Sequence record: LC768462.1
Strand: one strand, 5' to 3'
DNA length: 64,000 bases
DNA from: Escherichia phage phiEc_1
Shown piece after piece: positions 34,373 through 45,180 of this stretch. The notes under the pieces are model-generated. The model saw nothing but the letters and a program-made list of their open reading frames with translations, made no database searches and was not told the origin of the DNA. The number at the start of each line of letters is the position of its first letter. The first letter of the stretch is position 1. Position numbers and translations under genes: made by a program.

Positions 34373-36217
34373 GTGAGCAACCCGGACGCTCTTCCATTTT
34401 TGACAGAGATGACTGTCGCTGATATAATCTCTAAGCAAGCAAAGCACGGAGTGAGTTTCAACCGAAGAAATGCTCGGTGGTATGTTCACCTCCTTAAAGA
34501 GATTATTGTTAATATTGACAGAGAGTTGATTCCTCTCTTACCTAAGATGAGATTAGATGGCTCTACTTACATGAAGCCGTTTAAGAAGTCTGGAGCTTTA
34601 CAGAAGTGGCCTCAAGCCTATTGTGATAGGGTTGGGCTGAAGAGAGAAGACATTGGTGGAGCTTTCACCTGTGTCGAATACGTAGACTTTGACCCATCGA
34701 AAGATGCACGAGTTAAAGAAGCTCTTATGGATGAGGGCTTTCTTCCTCCAGAGTTTAACGTATCTAAGAAGCCTTGGAATACTTTCGAAATTAAGAAAGA
34801 TATGAGAAAGTATGGAACATACCAAGCATGGTATACTGCTTGGATGCGAGGAAATGCTAAGCAGAAGCAGACAGCCGAGATGGTTGACGCTGATATTAAG
34901 AAGTTCTTAGAAAAGCATTTTAGGTTTAAAACTAAGAACTATATGAAGGCTTACGTATTTGGTTTGGGATTAAACCCGAATCGTCGTAATCCTGTAACGT
35001 TTGATGAGATTAAGAAAGCGCTAGCCACATCAAACAAGTGGCCTACAGCTCCTACAAACCTCGAGGAGACTCTTGAAGAAGGGTTAGGGGGTGAGCTAGG
35101 GAGTGTCGGAAGTTTGCTTAAGAGACGCGTTGTAGCGGCTCACAGGCTAGGTCTTATCAGTGGACTTATAGCAAAGGAACGCGAAGATGGTAAACTTTCG
35201 GCAGAAGCTAACAGCTGCGCTACGCCGACTTTTCGATTCAAACATCGTATCGTTGTTAATATTCCCTCCCGTGGTTTGTTTGGTCATGAGTGTCGCAGTT
35301 TGTTTGAGTCTGACTATAACTCAGACAGTGATCATTCTCGTCCTTTCGTTATTACTAACGTTGTTCCTGATGGTTGTTATATACGAAAAGGTACTAACGT
35401 AATTTACGAGAAAGGTAAGCCGGGGAAGAAAGACAAACCTGTAGGTGCTTACAAATATTACATACCCGCTGGTAAAGAAGTATTCTTAGGGTATGATGGT
35501 TCTGGACTTGAACTTCGTATGCTCGCTCACTACCTCATTAAAGAGTGTAGGGATATGCTTGCTGAGGCTATCGAAGAGAACAACCCAGCTAAGAAAGCTC
35601 TGGCAGAACGTGGTTTAGCTTCTGCTATTATGTATCGTGATATTCTCCTTGAAGGTGATATCCACTCCCACAACCAGAAACTTGCTGGTCTTCCTACTCG
35701 TGACAACGCTAAAACGTTTATCTATGCATTCAACTACGGTGCTGGCGATGCTAAGCTTGGTTCAATTGTAGGTGGTGGGGCTGACGAAGGTTCAGTGATG
35801 CGAGCACGTTTCTTAGCAGAGAACCCATGTATTGCAATCCTCATTGATCGTATGACAGAGAAAGCTGCTCAAGGATACTTGATTGGAGTTGATGGTCGTA
35901 AGATTACAATGAGACGGGATGCCACTGGTAAGGTTATGGTTCATAAAGCCCTTAACACACTCCTGCAATGTGCTGGTGCTGTTGTTATGAAATATGCTAT
36001 GATGTTCCTTAACAAGTGGATTGAGAAAGATAAGGTTCGTTGTGCTAAGGTAATTGATATGCACGATGAAGGTCAATTCTCAGTAAACCGTAATGATGTA
36101 CAGAAACTCAAAGAGCACACCGAGCTTTGTGTTAAGAAGGCTGGTGAGTATTTGAACATGGAATGCCCTCTGGCTTCTGATTGTCAGATTGGACTTAACT
36201 GGATGCACACACACTAA
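34373..36217 (+). CDS. DNA polymerase, family A, polymerase domain only
   Basis: Motif A DGSGLELRMLAHY, motif B RDNAKTFIYAFNYG, motif C HDEGQF; GTG start after AAGGAG; no exonuclease motifs in this ORF. Confidence 0.85.
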   Translation: MSNPDALPFLTEMTVADIISKQAKHGVSFNRRNARWYVHLLKEIIVNIDRELIPLLPKMRLDGSTYMKPFKKSGALQKWPQAYCDRVGLKREDIGGAFTCVEYVDFDPSKDARVKEALMDEGFLPPEFNVSKKPWNTFEIKKDMRKYGTYQAWYTAWMRGNAKQKQTAEMVDADIKKFLEKHFRFKTKNYMKAYVFGLGLNPNRRNPVTFDEIKKALATSNKWPTAPTNLEETLEEGLGGELGSVGSLLKRRVVAAHRLGLISGLIAKEREDGKLSAEANSCATPTFRFKHRIVVNIPSRGLFGHECRSLFESDYNSDSDHSRPFVITNVVPDGCYIRKGTNVIYEKGKPGKKDKPVGAYKYYIPAGKEVFLGYDGSGLELRMLAHYLIKECRDMLAEAIEENNPAKKALAERGLASAIMYRDILLEGDIHSHNQKLAGLPTRDNAKTFIYAFNYGAGDAKLGSIVGGGADEGSVMRARFLAENPCIAILIDRMTEKAAQGYLIGVDGRKITMRRDATGKVMVHKALNTLLQCAGAVVMKYAMMFLNKWIEKDKVRCAKVIDMHDEGQFSVNRNDVQKLKEHTELCVKKAGEYLNMECPLASDCQIGLNWMHTH

Positions 36218-36222
36218 GGTGA

Positions 36223-36591
36223 GTGATGAAAGAAACTAATATAATCTATAGAACACTTAGGTGTTTATTCAAGGAGAGAGGGATGGAAGATTTCCTCCTC
36301 CAGTATTATCATATAACTCAAACAGAAGAGTGTCCTCCTTGGTTTAACGAAGATCACGGACTATGCTTCAACTTCCGCTGTTATAAGAAGTATTATTATT
36401 TCACAAAACATCTAGACGTGGATGACATGAAGAATATGTTTAACCAAGATAAATTCTCGGACCATACATACCCTTTTGGCTGTGACCAATATTTCAGAGA
36501 TAGAGATAACAGATCACACCACAAGAACCAAAAACGAATTACTTGGATTAAAGATACACTGAAAACTCTATATAATATTGAGGTTGAGTGA
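36223..36591 (+). CDS. hypothetical protein
   Basis: ORF track. Confidence 0.5.
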   Translation: MMKETNIIYRTLRCLFKERGMEDFLLQYYHITQTEECPPWFNEDHGLCFNFRCYKKYYYFTKHLDVDDMKNMFNQDKFSDHTYPFGCDQYFRDRDNRSHHKNQKRITWIKDTLKTLYNIEVE

Positions 36592-36782
36592 TGAGTGTTC
36601 GTGGTTATTATGAATCTTGGGCCGTCTTCAGCGGTGGCTCCACTCTCGTAGCATTAAATGGTCAACTGTGTATCTTTGAGACAGAGAACTTAGCAATAAC
36701 CAAAGCAGCAGAGCTAGTTCGAAAGTTTCCAAACAAGATATTCACAGTTAAACGGATAGAAGTACCTGCATTGGTAGAGTGA
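36588..36782 (+). CDS. hypothetical protein
   Basis: ORF track; ATGA overlap. Confidence 0.5.
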   Translation: MMSVRGYYESWAVFSGGSTLVALNGQLCIFETENLAITKAAELVRKFPNKIFTVKRIEVPALVE

Positions 36783-36965
36783 ATAAATAAGACGAATGAA
36801 CTATTCTTATTGATTGGTTCATAACAAGGAGATTGAAGTGGAAGAGATGCCATCGGATTGGTGTTATCGTCAGAGCGCCATCTGTAATGAACAAGGTCGT
36901 CCTGATGAGGCTGAGTTCTATCTAGAGCTAGCCGAACTGTGGAAAGAGCGAGAGGAGAAAGAGTG

Positions 36966-37133
36966 ATGGAAGGTATTTACCGTAAGCCACCTCCGAAATA
37001 TAACATCCTTTATACTGATGCAACAGGTGAGTTTAGAAGTGTGTTAGTTTACACGGATGAAGAACGAAACCAAATGGTTGCTGCTATTGAAGCCAATGGT
37101 GGTACAATCATGCGAATTTATAACATAACATAA
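36966..37133 (+). CDS. small protein
   Basis: ATG 36966 in track frame. Confidence 0.4.
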   Translation: MEGIYRKPPPKYNILYTDATGEFRSVLVYTDEERNQMVAAIEANGGTIMRIYNIT

Positions 37134-37142
37134 GGAATATCA

Positions 37143-37319
37143 ATGACTGCTTCTGAATTAAAAGAAACCCTATCCACTGAAGAAGGTAAAGCTTTCTTCT
37201 TATCTCAAGTACACTCTATGGGTAAAGATGCCCTTCGCCAAGCAGTCGTTGAGCTTACTGGTGTAGTGATTGACTTGAGTATTGAAAACGAAACACTTGA
37301 AGCTAAAGTGAACAGTTAA
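37143..37319 (+). CDS. small protein (58 aa)
   Basis: AAGGA SD; followed by terminator. Confidence 0.4.
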   Translation: MTASELKETLSTEEGKAFFLSQVHSMGKDALRQAVVELTGVVIDLSIENETLEAKVNS

Positions 37320-37324
37320 ATAAG

Positions 37325-37350
37325 AAGCTGCCTTCGGGCGGCTTTTCTTG
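37325..37350 (+). terminator. rho-independent terminator (UUCG loop)
   Basis: AAGCTGCC-TTCG-GGCGGCTT then TTCTTGTCT. Confidence 0.65.
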
Positions 37351-37365
37351 TCTAAAGGATTTGAC

Positions 37366-37758
37366 ATGAATATTGGTTTAGATTATGATGACACTTACAC
37401 AGCAGACAGACGACTGTGGAGAGATGTGATAGGCTTGATGAAAGGGTATGGGCATGATGTAAGATTCGTGACTTTCCGTTTCTCAGAGCCTAACGGTTAT
37501 GATAACGTGGATATCTTCTATGATGCAGAGACCCTGCAAATCCCTGTCATCTTTTGTAATGGCGTACAGAAGGATGAGGTGTGTCGACAGTTAGGTTTCT
37601 TCGTCGATATCTGGATTGATGACTTCCCTGTTGGAATCCCCAAAAAGGATCACCTAGACGGTATGCTGAAGGGCGTAAGACTTAATGACCTTAGGGCAGC
37701 ACCTCCTGTAGAAATAGCCGCTCCTGTGTACTCTGAAGAGCCTTTGGTGATTCGATGA
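37366..37758 (+). CDS. HAD-superfamily phosphatase, possibly a 5'(3')-deoxyribonucleotidase
   Basis: N-terminal IGLDYDDTYT fits HAD motif I (DxDxT); ATG 37366 in track frame. Confidence 0.45.
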   Translation: MNIGLDYDDTYTADRRLWRDVIGLMKGYGHDVRFVTFRFSEPNGYDNVDIFYDAETLQIPVIFCNGVQKDEVCRQLGFFVDIWIDDFPVGIPKKDHLDGMLKGVRLNDLRAAPPVEIAAPVYSEEPLVIR

Positions 37759-37931
37759 AAAAGATAATCCTTTGGGCTTTAGGTATAGCTCTTTTCCTGT
37801 ATCTGATTGATCTCGGAGGAGATGCCAGTAGAGAAGACTGTGAAGTGAGATTGTCTCAGGAATTTAAGTCAGAGACAAAGTGGGTTAACGGTCGATGCTA
37901 TGTAAAAGATTGGGGAAGAACTTCTCGATGA
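37755..37931 (+). CDS. small membrane/secreted protein
   Basis: ATGA overlaps; N-terminal hydrophobic segment. Confidence 0.4.
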   Translation: MKKIILWALGIALFLYLIDLGGDASREDCEVRLSQEFKSETKWVNGRCYVKDWGRTSR

Positions 37932-38095
37932 AAAAGTATAGTGTATGGTTTAACGAAGTAGAAGAAGGTTTTGATGAAGTTGGAGGATGGGTAAATATCC
38001 TAAACACTGACGACATAGAAGAGGCCGAGAAGTGCGCCCTAAACTACAACTCTGGGTATTATGAAAGAAATTGGGAATATGAGGAAGAGGTATGA
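37928..38095 (+). CDS. small acidic protein
   Basis: ATG 37928 in track frame; ATGA overlap. Confidence 0.4.
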   Translation: MKKYSVWFNEVEEGFDEVGGWVNILNTDDIEEAEKCALNYNSGYYERNWEYEEEV

Positions 38096-38235
38096 TTTGG
38101 ATTCACACTTATAAGATTGGAAAGAAAGAGATCACCGTTGTACATCACTCTGAAGAAAGTGCAAATGCCTCTCAGGAAGTATTGAAAGGTGAAGTTAAAA
38201 CATATGTTGAAGTAAAAGCTAAATCTTGGTCATAA
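38092..38235 (+). CDS. small protein (47 aa)
   Basis: GAGGAAGAGG SD; ATGA overlap. Confidence 0.35.
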   Translation: MIWIHTYKIGKKEITVVHHSEESANASQEVLKGEVKTYVEVKAKSWS

Positions 38236-38251
38236 TGATAGGGAGTGTAAA

Positions 38252-38467
38252 ATGGAATATATCGATAAATACTCAAGCGAAGACTCAACCAACGCTGAAG
38301 TTTTGTTCGTACTAAAAACAGACTGCCTCGAACATGGTCAGCTCATTAACTTTATGGAGTTGGCAAAACTTAAAGAAGAGATTGATCAACTATACAGCGA
38401 TGAGCAATCCAGATTACTTTCCCTGTCCCTGCTAGGTGACTTAACTTGTGATGGGTGTACTATCTAA
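38252..38467 (+). CDS. hypothetical acidic protein
   Basis: ORF track. Confidence 0.5.
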   Translation: MEYIDKYSSEDSTNAEVLFVLKTDCLEHGQLINFMELAKLKEEIDQLYSDEQSRLLSLSLLGDLTCDGCTI

Positions 38468-38476
38468 GAGGTCTTT

Positions 38477-38980
38477 ATGGCTGAAGTTTATTTTGCAGGA
38501 GATGGTCACTTAGGTCATCGCAACATCTGTAGTTTTCGTAAGCAATTTAAAACCATCGAAGAGCATGACAAAGCAATTCTAGCTGCATTTGATCATGTAA
38601 CTAAGCGAGACAAAATCTTCTTTACCGGTGATTGGGTGTTTGAAAAGTATGCCCTTGATATCATCGCTGAAGTAAAAGGAGAGAAGCATCTAGTCTTAGG
38701 GAACCATGACAGGTTAGAACTTCTCCCTGATATGATGAAAGTCTTCCGTAGAATCTCTGGTGATTATAAATATAAAGAGTTTTGGGTAACTCATATCCCT
38801 ATTCACACTGATGAGATGAGAGGAAAGTTTAACATTTATGCTCATACACACAACCATGTAATTGATGATTGGAGATATTTCTGTACATCAATGGAGCAAA
38901 TTAACTATAAAGCTGTTTCTCTGCAAGAGATTAGGAAGGTCTTTGATGAAAGAAGAAAAGAACAAGATCTCGTTATTTAA
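38477..38980 (+). CDS. calcineurin-like metallophosphoesterase
   Basis: GDGHLGH, FFTGDWV, LGNHD, AHTHNH motifs. Confidence 0.7.
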   Translation: MAEVYFAGDGHLGHRNICSFRKQFKTIEEHDKAILAAFDHVTKRDKIFFTGDWVFEKYALDIIAEVKGEKHLVLGNHDRLELLPDMMKVFRRISGDYKYKEFWVTHIPIHTDEMRGKFNIYAHTHNHVIDDWRYFCTSMEQINYKAVSLQEIRKVFDERRKEQDLVI

Positions 38981-39458
38981 AGAACCTGTAGTACATAAAG
39001 ACTCTATCAGAGATCAATATAATGAGATGTTAAAGAAACAAGCTGATTCTAATCTTCGTTATCAGAGGATAGTAGAACAATCTAACTTTAAAGGTTTACT
39101 TGAATGGTAACTTATATTGTTTACTTCTTAGCTTTCTTAGGAATAATCTTTTTATCTATTCTTATTGAATTTGGTTTAAGTAAGTTAGTTAATTATTTAG
39201 GTAATAAGTAATTATTATTCTTTTAAATAGAGAATCAAAGTCCCTAGGAGTCCCTACAACCTAAATCAAGGATTCCTTAATTCTCTATTTTTATCTCGCA
39301 GGTGGCTCCTGCCCTTCGGTACTTGCAAGGGATTCTGTGAATTGCCCAATATACAAGCCTGCAATAACTTTATCAGCTATACAATATATACATTACTAGT
39401 GTGTTATATCTACTACCAAAGATACTTATATTATATAGTACTCTTATCGGTATAAGCG

Positions 39459-39467
39459 TAATGTATA
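39459..39467 (+). promoter_or_regulatory. candidate phage-sigma promoter element (TAATGTATA)
   Basis: Exact 9-mer 60 bp upstream of SSB start, inside an AT-rich intergenic region. Confidence 0.45.
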
Positions 39468-39526
39468 CTATACATAACCGCTCAAAGAGAGCAACAATCT
39501 TTCAAATTAAATAAGGAAATTACAAT

Positions 39527-40273
39527 ATGTCTATGATTCCAACTATCGCAACTGCTTCCCGTAAATCCAACTACGATGTAATCCCTGATGGTGAATACGA
39601 AGCACGTATCGTTCGTGTAGTAGGTTTGGGTGTTCACAATCGTGACCCTTGGATTGACCCGAAGACCAAAGCAGTAACTCCTAAGAATCCGGCTTTCCGT
39701 ATGGATTTAGCTTTCGAGCTGATTGGTGTTGATGCTACTGGTAAAGATTCCGATGGTAAGGCATTAGAACCACGTCCGGCTTGCCAGTTCAAGAGCTATG
39801 ATGTAAACCCACGAGCTAAAAACTCTGGTATTCTTGATCTTTGCAAAATGATTGACCCAAGTATTCAAGCACTGAAAGGTGATCTGTCTTGGTTCAAGGA
39901 TGTTCTGTTAGGTCAGCCTGTTAACATTCTGGTTAACTCTTATACTAACAAAGCTGGTGAAGTTAAAAACTCCATCAAGACCATTTCTCCAATCCCAACC
40001 AAATATCGTGCAGCAGTTGGTGAAGCTCGTAGTCCTCTGGTATTCTTCGAACCGTATGCTGAAACCGATGAGAACGTAGCATCCTATCAACTGATGTTCC
40101 CGTTCCAGCGCAACCTGCTTACTCAAGCTAATGACGCTAAGAACATGCCTCTGGCTGGTCGTGAAATTACTCGTGCTTCTGAAACAGAGCAGAAAGAAGC
40201 TACTCCTTCAATCCCTACGATTGATAAAGAGCCTGCTTCTACTTACGAAGACGACAACGATAGCCCATTCTAA
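39527..40273 (+). CDS. ssb: single-stranded DNA-binding protein (T7 gp2.5-like)
   Basis: Acidic C-terminal tail ...YEDDNDSPF ending in Phe; position in replication module. Confidence 0.6.
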   Translation: MSMIPTIATASRKSNYDVIPDGEYEARIVRVVGLGVHNRDPWIDPKTKAVTPKNPAFRMDLAFELIGVDATGKDSDGKALEPRPACQFKSYDVNPRAKNSGILDLCKMIDPSIQALKGDLSWFKDVLLGQPVNILVNSYTNKAGEVKNSIKTISPIPTKYRAAVGEARSPLVFFEPYAETDENVASYQLMFPFQRNLLTQANDAKNMPLAGREITRASETEQKEATPSIPTIDKEPASTYEDDNDSPF

Positions 40274-40294
40274 TAACTCTCCTTGTTATAGCTT

Positions 40295-40319
40295 AGCCAC
40301 CTCCGGGTGGCTTTTTTCG
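40295..40319 (+). terminator. rho-independent terminator
   Basis: AGCCACC-TCCG-GGTGGCT then TTTTTTCG. Confidence 0.7.
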
Positions 40320-40330
40320 TTGGAGACAAC

Positions 40331-40681
40331 ATGCAAAACACATTAAGTGATAACTTAGGGTTTATCGTTTTCTCAGCTCTTGTATTCTTTGGTGGTATGA
40401 AGTTTAACGAATATCAAACAGACAGCAGTAATCTGGACAAAGAGAAGCACCAGCAAGAGTTAGAGATTGAAAGAAGTAGAGCAGCTGATGAAGTTGCTCA
40501 GAGAGTTCTTACCGGTTTATCTAACTGGAAGAAGAACACGGAAACCGTTTATAAAGAGATGCATTATGAGAAAACTAAACCAGTTTTTTATAATGTCTGC
40601 GCTAGTGATGAGTATGTCAGCTTGTTCAACGAGCGACAACAGCAGGCAATCAATGCCCTTACCAACAAACCTAAAAGCTGA
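40331..40681 (+). CDS. i-spanin (Rz-like)
   Basis: N-terminal TM LGFIVFSALVFFGG then coiled-coil domain; embedded out-of-frame lipoprotein gene. Confidence 0.55.
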   Translation: MQNTLSDNLGFIVFSALVFFGGMKFNEYQTDSSNLDKEKHQQELEIERSRAADEVAQRVLTGLSNWKKNTETVYKEMHYEKTKPVFYNVCASDEYVSLFNERQQQAINALTNKPKS

Positions 40682-40825
40682 ATGTAGGGTTGACCTACCT
40701 CTTTTAGAAAGTGCTCAAGGAAAAGCACTAGCCACTACGTTGGAGTGGTATCAGGACCAGTACACAGAATGTGCTGCTAATCACAATGGATTGTTAGAAG
40801 CTCTGAAAGAGCGTGGAATAGAATA

Positions 40826-40826
<1 letters not shown>
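40566..40826 (+). CDS. o-spanin (Rz1-like lipoprotein), overlapping the 3' end of the i-spanin gene in another frame
   Basis: Lipoprotein signal MRKLNQFFIMSALVMSMSAC; Pro-containing mature part; starts inside 40331..40681 and extends past its stop. Confidence 0.5.
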
Positions 40827-42312
<1,486 letters not shown>

Positions 42313-42322
<10 letters not shown>

Positions 42323-43212
42323 ATGAAGAGGTAAAAGCTTTAAAGAAAGCTCTTGCAATTAAAATCAAACATTTAAATTTCGTCAGAGATGAGTTGGAGG
42401 AGCTATCCAACTTATCAGGATATGAGTTACAGAATGAGCTTGTAGAGTTTCAAATCAATATTGATGGCGGTAAATACGTAGAAACAACTAGAGCGATTTT
42501 ACCTAAAGTTACTGGTAACAAAACTTCTCCAGTAGACTACTCACATGACCACACGGAGCAATTAGAAATGGCATCTCAAGGCAATCCAGCACTGACCAAC
42601 ATGGTGGGAGATTCCCATAATAAGCCTTTAGTAGTAATTCTTAATGGGCCTCCGGGTTGTGGTAAAGATACGATAGCCAATGCTTGGGTCAATGCCCATT
42701 CATACCATCACAATTATTCAACCAAATCCTTCAAGGAGCCAATGTACAAGGTAGCTGCTGCTGCAATAGGCATACCTCTAGAAAACTTTCTAGCACGCTA
42801 TGAAGACCGTGAATGGAAAGAAAAACCTAGACCAGAATGGGGAGGGAAATCTGTAAGAGATTTGATGATTTCTACAAGTGAAGACTTCTTAAAACCTATG
42901 TTTGGCAACAGCCATATGGGGGATCTTGCTGTAAAAAGCATCAAACAAGAAGGGTTAGGTCAGGATGATATTGTCATGTTTACTGACGGAGGTTTTGATG
43001 CAGAGGTACGAGAACTAGAAAAGAATTTCCATGTCCAAGTTGTCCAAGTTCTTAGAGATGGTTGCTCTTTTGATGGAGACTCTCGCTCTTATATTGAAGG
43101 CGAACAGAGAAAAACATATCTACTGTTTAATGACTCAACTATTGAATCAGCAGTATCAGATCTAGATTGGATTATTGCTCAAGCTCAGGATGATATTTAT
43201 GGAAGAAGTTAA
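42313..43212 (+). CDS. P-loop kinase, dNMP-kinase-like, with N-terminal coiled-coil extension
   Basis: Walker A ILNGPPGCGKDT resembling T4 gp1 (SGKDT). Confidence 0.5.
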
Positions 43213-44017
43213 GCTCCCTGAAGTTGCTATAGTGGATGCTGACGTTCTTCGATATGAAGTGGGTGCTCTTACTCAGGAGCATCCCTTCCTTGACACAGGA
43301 CGTGTTCCAGTTGATTACAATTTCATGATTGAACGACTTCAGTACAAGATCGATACAATCATAGCTCGCTCGGGTTGTAGTAAGGTTGTATTCTACTTCA
43401 GCGAAGGTGGTAACTTTCGTTTCGATGTTGCTAAGCAACAAGACTACAAGGCAAATAGACCTCCCGGAGAAAGACCTTTTCACTGGCAAAACGTTGGTGA
43501 TTATATTAAAGCCAAGTACGAATATATTGAGGTCTTTGGGAGAGAAGCTGATGATGCACTAGCTGAAAGACAACGTAGGGATAAGAATACTATCATCTGT
43601 ACTAGAGACAAGGATTTGTTGATAACTCCCGGATGGCATTATCGCTGGGCTTGTGGAGAAAGACAGAAAGAAGTCCCTCCTCACTATGTATCCGATTTAG
43701 TCTCATGGCAAAACTTCTTCTATCAAATGTTGATTGGAGATGGTACGGATAATATCCCCGGATGTGGGGAACGTAAAGAAGTTATGTGGGGCGGTAAGCT
43801 TCAGCTTCGACGCCAAGGAATAGGGAAGAAGGCAGCAGCTAAATTACTAGCTGGTGTTACAGATAAGTGGACCATGTATCATATAGTACGAATGGAATAT
43901 TATAAGAAGTTCGATACTGAAGATGAAGAGAAGATGCTCGAGAATGCTCGGCTTCTCTTTGTTGGTCAGACTCCGGAAGACCTGTTCGACTGGACATGGT
44001 TAGATAAATCTTGGTAA
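43199..44017 (+). CDS. 5'-3' exonuclease / flap endonuclease (FEN family)
   Basis: H3TH motif GDGTDNIPG...IGKKAAAKLLAG and acidic clusters; ATG 43199 in track frame. Confidence 0.8.
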   Translation: MEEVKLPEVAIVDADVLRYEVGALTQEHPFLDTGRVPVDYNFMIERLQYKIDTIIARSGCSKVVFYFSEGGNFRFDVAKQQDYKANRPPGERPFHWQNVGDYIKAKYEYIEVFGREADDALAERQRRDKNTIICTRDKDLLITPGWHYRWACGERQKEVPPHYVSDLVSWQNFFYQMLIGDGTDNIPGCGERKEVMWGGKLQLRRQGIGKKAAAKLLAGVTDKWTMYHIVRMEYYKKFDTEDEEKMLENARLLFVGQTPEDLFDWTWLDKSW

Positions 44018-44030
44018 TAAGGATATTATA

Positions 44031-44210
44031 ATGGGTAAATTTGATTATCGTTCATATGATGAAAACTCCTCAAATCGTGAATCTCGTAAAGACCAAAAGA
44101 TCAAGCATCAGCTGTTTGATCAGCGTACTGGTCGTATTCCTCGTGAGGGCAAAGTAAGTCATCGTGTAAACAAACGAGTTTGGGAAGAAGCTGATTATGG
44201 CGAAGTCTGA
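44031..44210 (+). CDS. small basic protein (59 aa)
   Basis: AAGGA SD then ATG 44031. Confidence 0.4.
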   Translation: MGKFDYRSYDENSSNRESRKDQKIKHQLFDQRTGRIPREGKVSHRVNKRVWEEADYGEV

Positions 44211-44598
44211 GAAGACTCGCTGTAGTGGAATGTGGACTGAAGCTCGTTACAACTCTTTCATCAAGTCAGGGATTCGTTCTCTGACTAGAAAGTGGAAGCC
44301 CATGTTCGATGCACTAGCAGACGCCAAGACAGAGCAGAAGATTAATCCAAAGACAGGAAGACTGGCAATGCACTTTAAGTGTGCCATGTGTGGTTCTGAC
44401 CACCCTGTAAAGGATATGGCTATTGACCACATAGAGCCTATAGTTCCCTTAGATCACGAAGCAACTTGGGATGAAATCATCTCTCGTGCCCTGTGTGAGA
44501 AAGAGGGTTTTCAGGTTCTGTGTAAAGACCCTTGTCATAAGATTAAAACTAAGATGGAAAATGATGCAAGAAAACAATTCAAAAAAGGAAATGAGTGA
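44197..44598 (+). CDS. HNH endonuclease
   Basis: CxxC ... DHIEPIV ... CxxxCH pattern. Confidence 0.7.
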   Translation: MAKSEKTRCSGMWTEARYNSFIKSGIRSLTRKWKPMFDALADAKTEQKINPKTGRLAMHFKCAMCGSDHPVKDMAIDHIEPIVPLDHEATWDEIISRALCEKEGFQVLCKDPCHKIKTKMENDARKQFKKGNE

Positions 44599-44818
44599 TG
44601 ATCAAAAATCTACGCAACAAGTGCTTCGCTTTCGCTATCGCAATTGGAGAGGCGAGATTGCTGACCGGTCCGTTATTCCACTCCGAACCTCCGTTGCTAG
44701 CTCCCGTTTTCATAACGGTGGCAAACCTTGTTGGATTATGACAGCAATTGATGTAGAGAAAGATGAGATTCGAGAGTTCAAACTCTCTGACATTATCCAG
44801 TATTACGATTTGATTTAG
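44591..44818 (+). CDS. hypothetical protein
   Basis: ATG 44591 in track frame, overlapping HNH stop. Confidence 0.5.
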   Translation: MSDDQKSTQQVLRFRYRNWRGEIADRSVIPLRTSVASSRFHNGGKPCWIMTAIDVEKDEIREFKLSDIIQYYDLI

Positions 44819-44826
44819 GAAATAAC

Positions 44827-44988
44827 ATGATCACACAGTCAGATAAAAACAAACTCTTCGACTTAATCCATGACCTACTAGAAGCTCAGAGTTTTATTGA
44901 CAACGCACACACTTGGGAGATGGAATCAGCTGGAAAAGCTTTTGATGAAAGTGAAGAGAAGCTTATTAATTTTATAAACACAATCTAG
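44827..44988 (+). CDS. small acidic protein (53 aa)
   Basis: Short ORF before the convergent terminator. Confidence 0.35.
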   Translation: MITQSDKNKLFDLIHDLLEAQSFIDNAHTWEMESAGKAFDESEEKLINFINTI

Positions 44989-45140
44989 GGGGGTTATATG
45001 AATGAAGAAGTTGTTATTCTTGGCAGTAAATCAGATTGGTTCTACGGAGGCATCTCAGGATGCTTTGAAGATGAACATCCAGACTTCTGAAGAGAATTGG
45101 GATGTATGACGAATTTGATGGTTTTTAAAACTTAGAAACA

Positions 45141-45180
45141 AATAAAGCCCCTTCCTTTCGGTTGGGGCTTTTCTTTTATC
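45141..45180. terminator. bidirectional rho-independent terminator at the convergent module junction
   Basis: Stem AAGCCCC / GGGGCTT flanked by AAATAAA upstream and TTCTTTTAT downstream. Confidence 0.75.

Noticed and set aside
40467-40565. Upstream start of the o-spanin frame (track 40467)
   Set aside because: A lipoprotein signal must sit at the N-terminus; ATG 40566 places it correctly.
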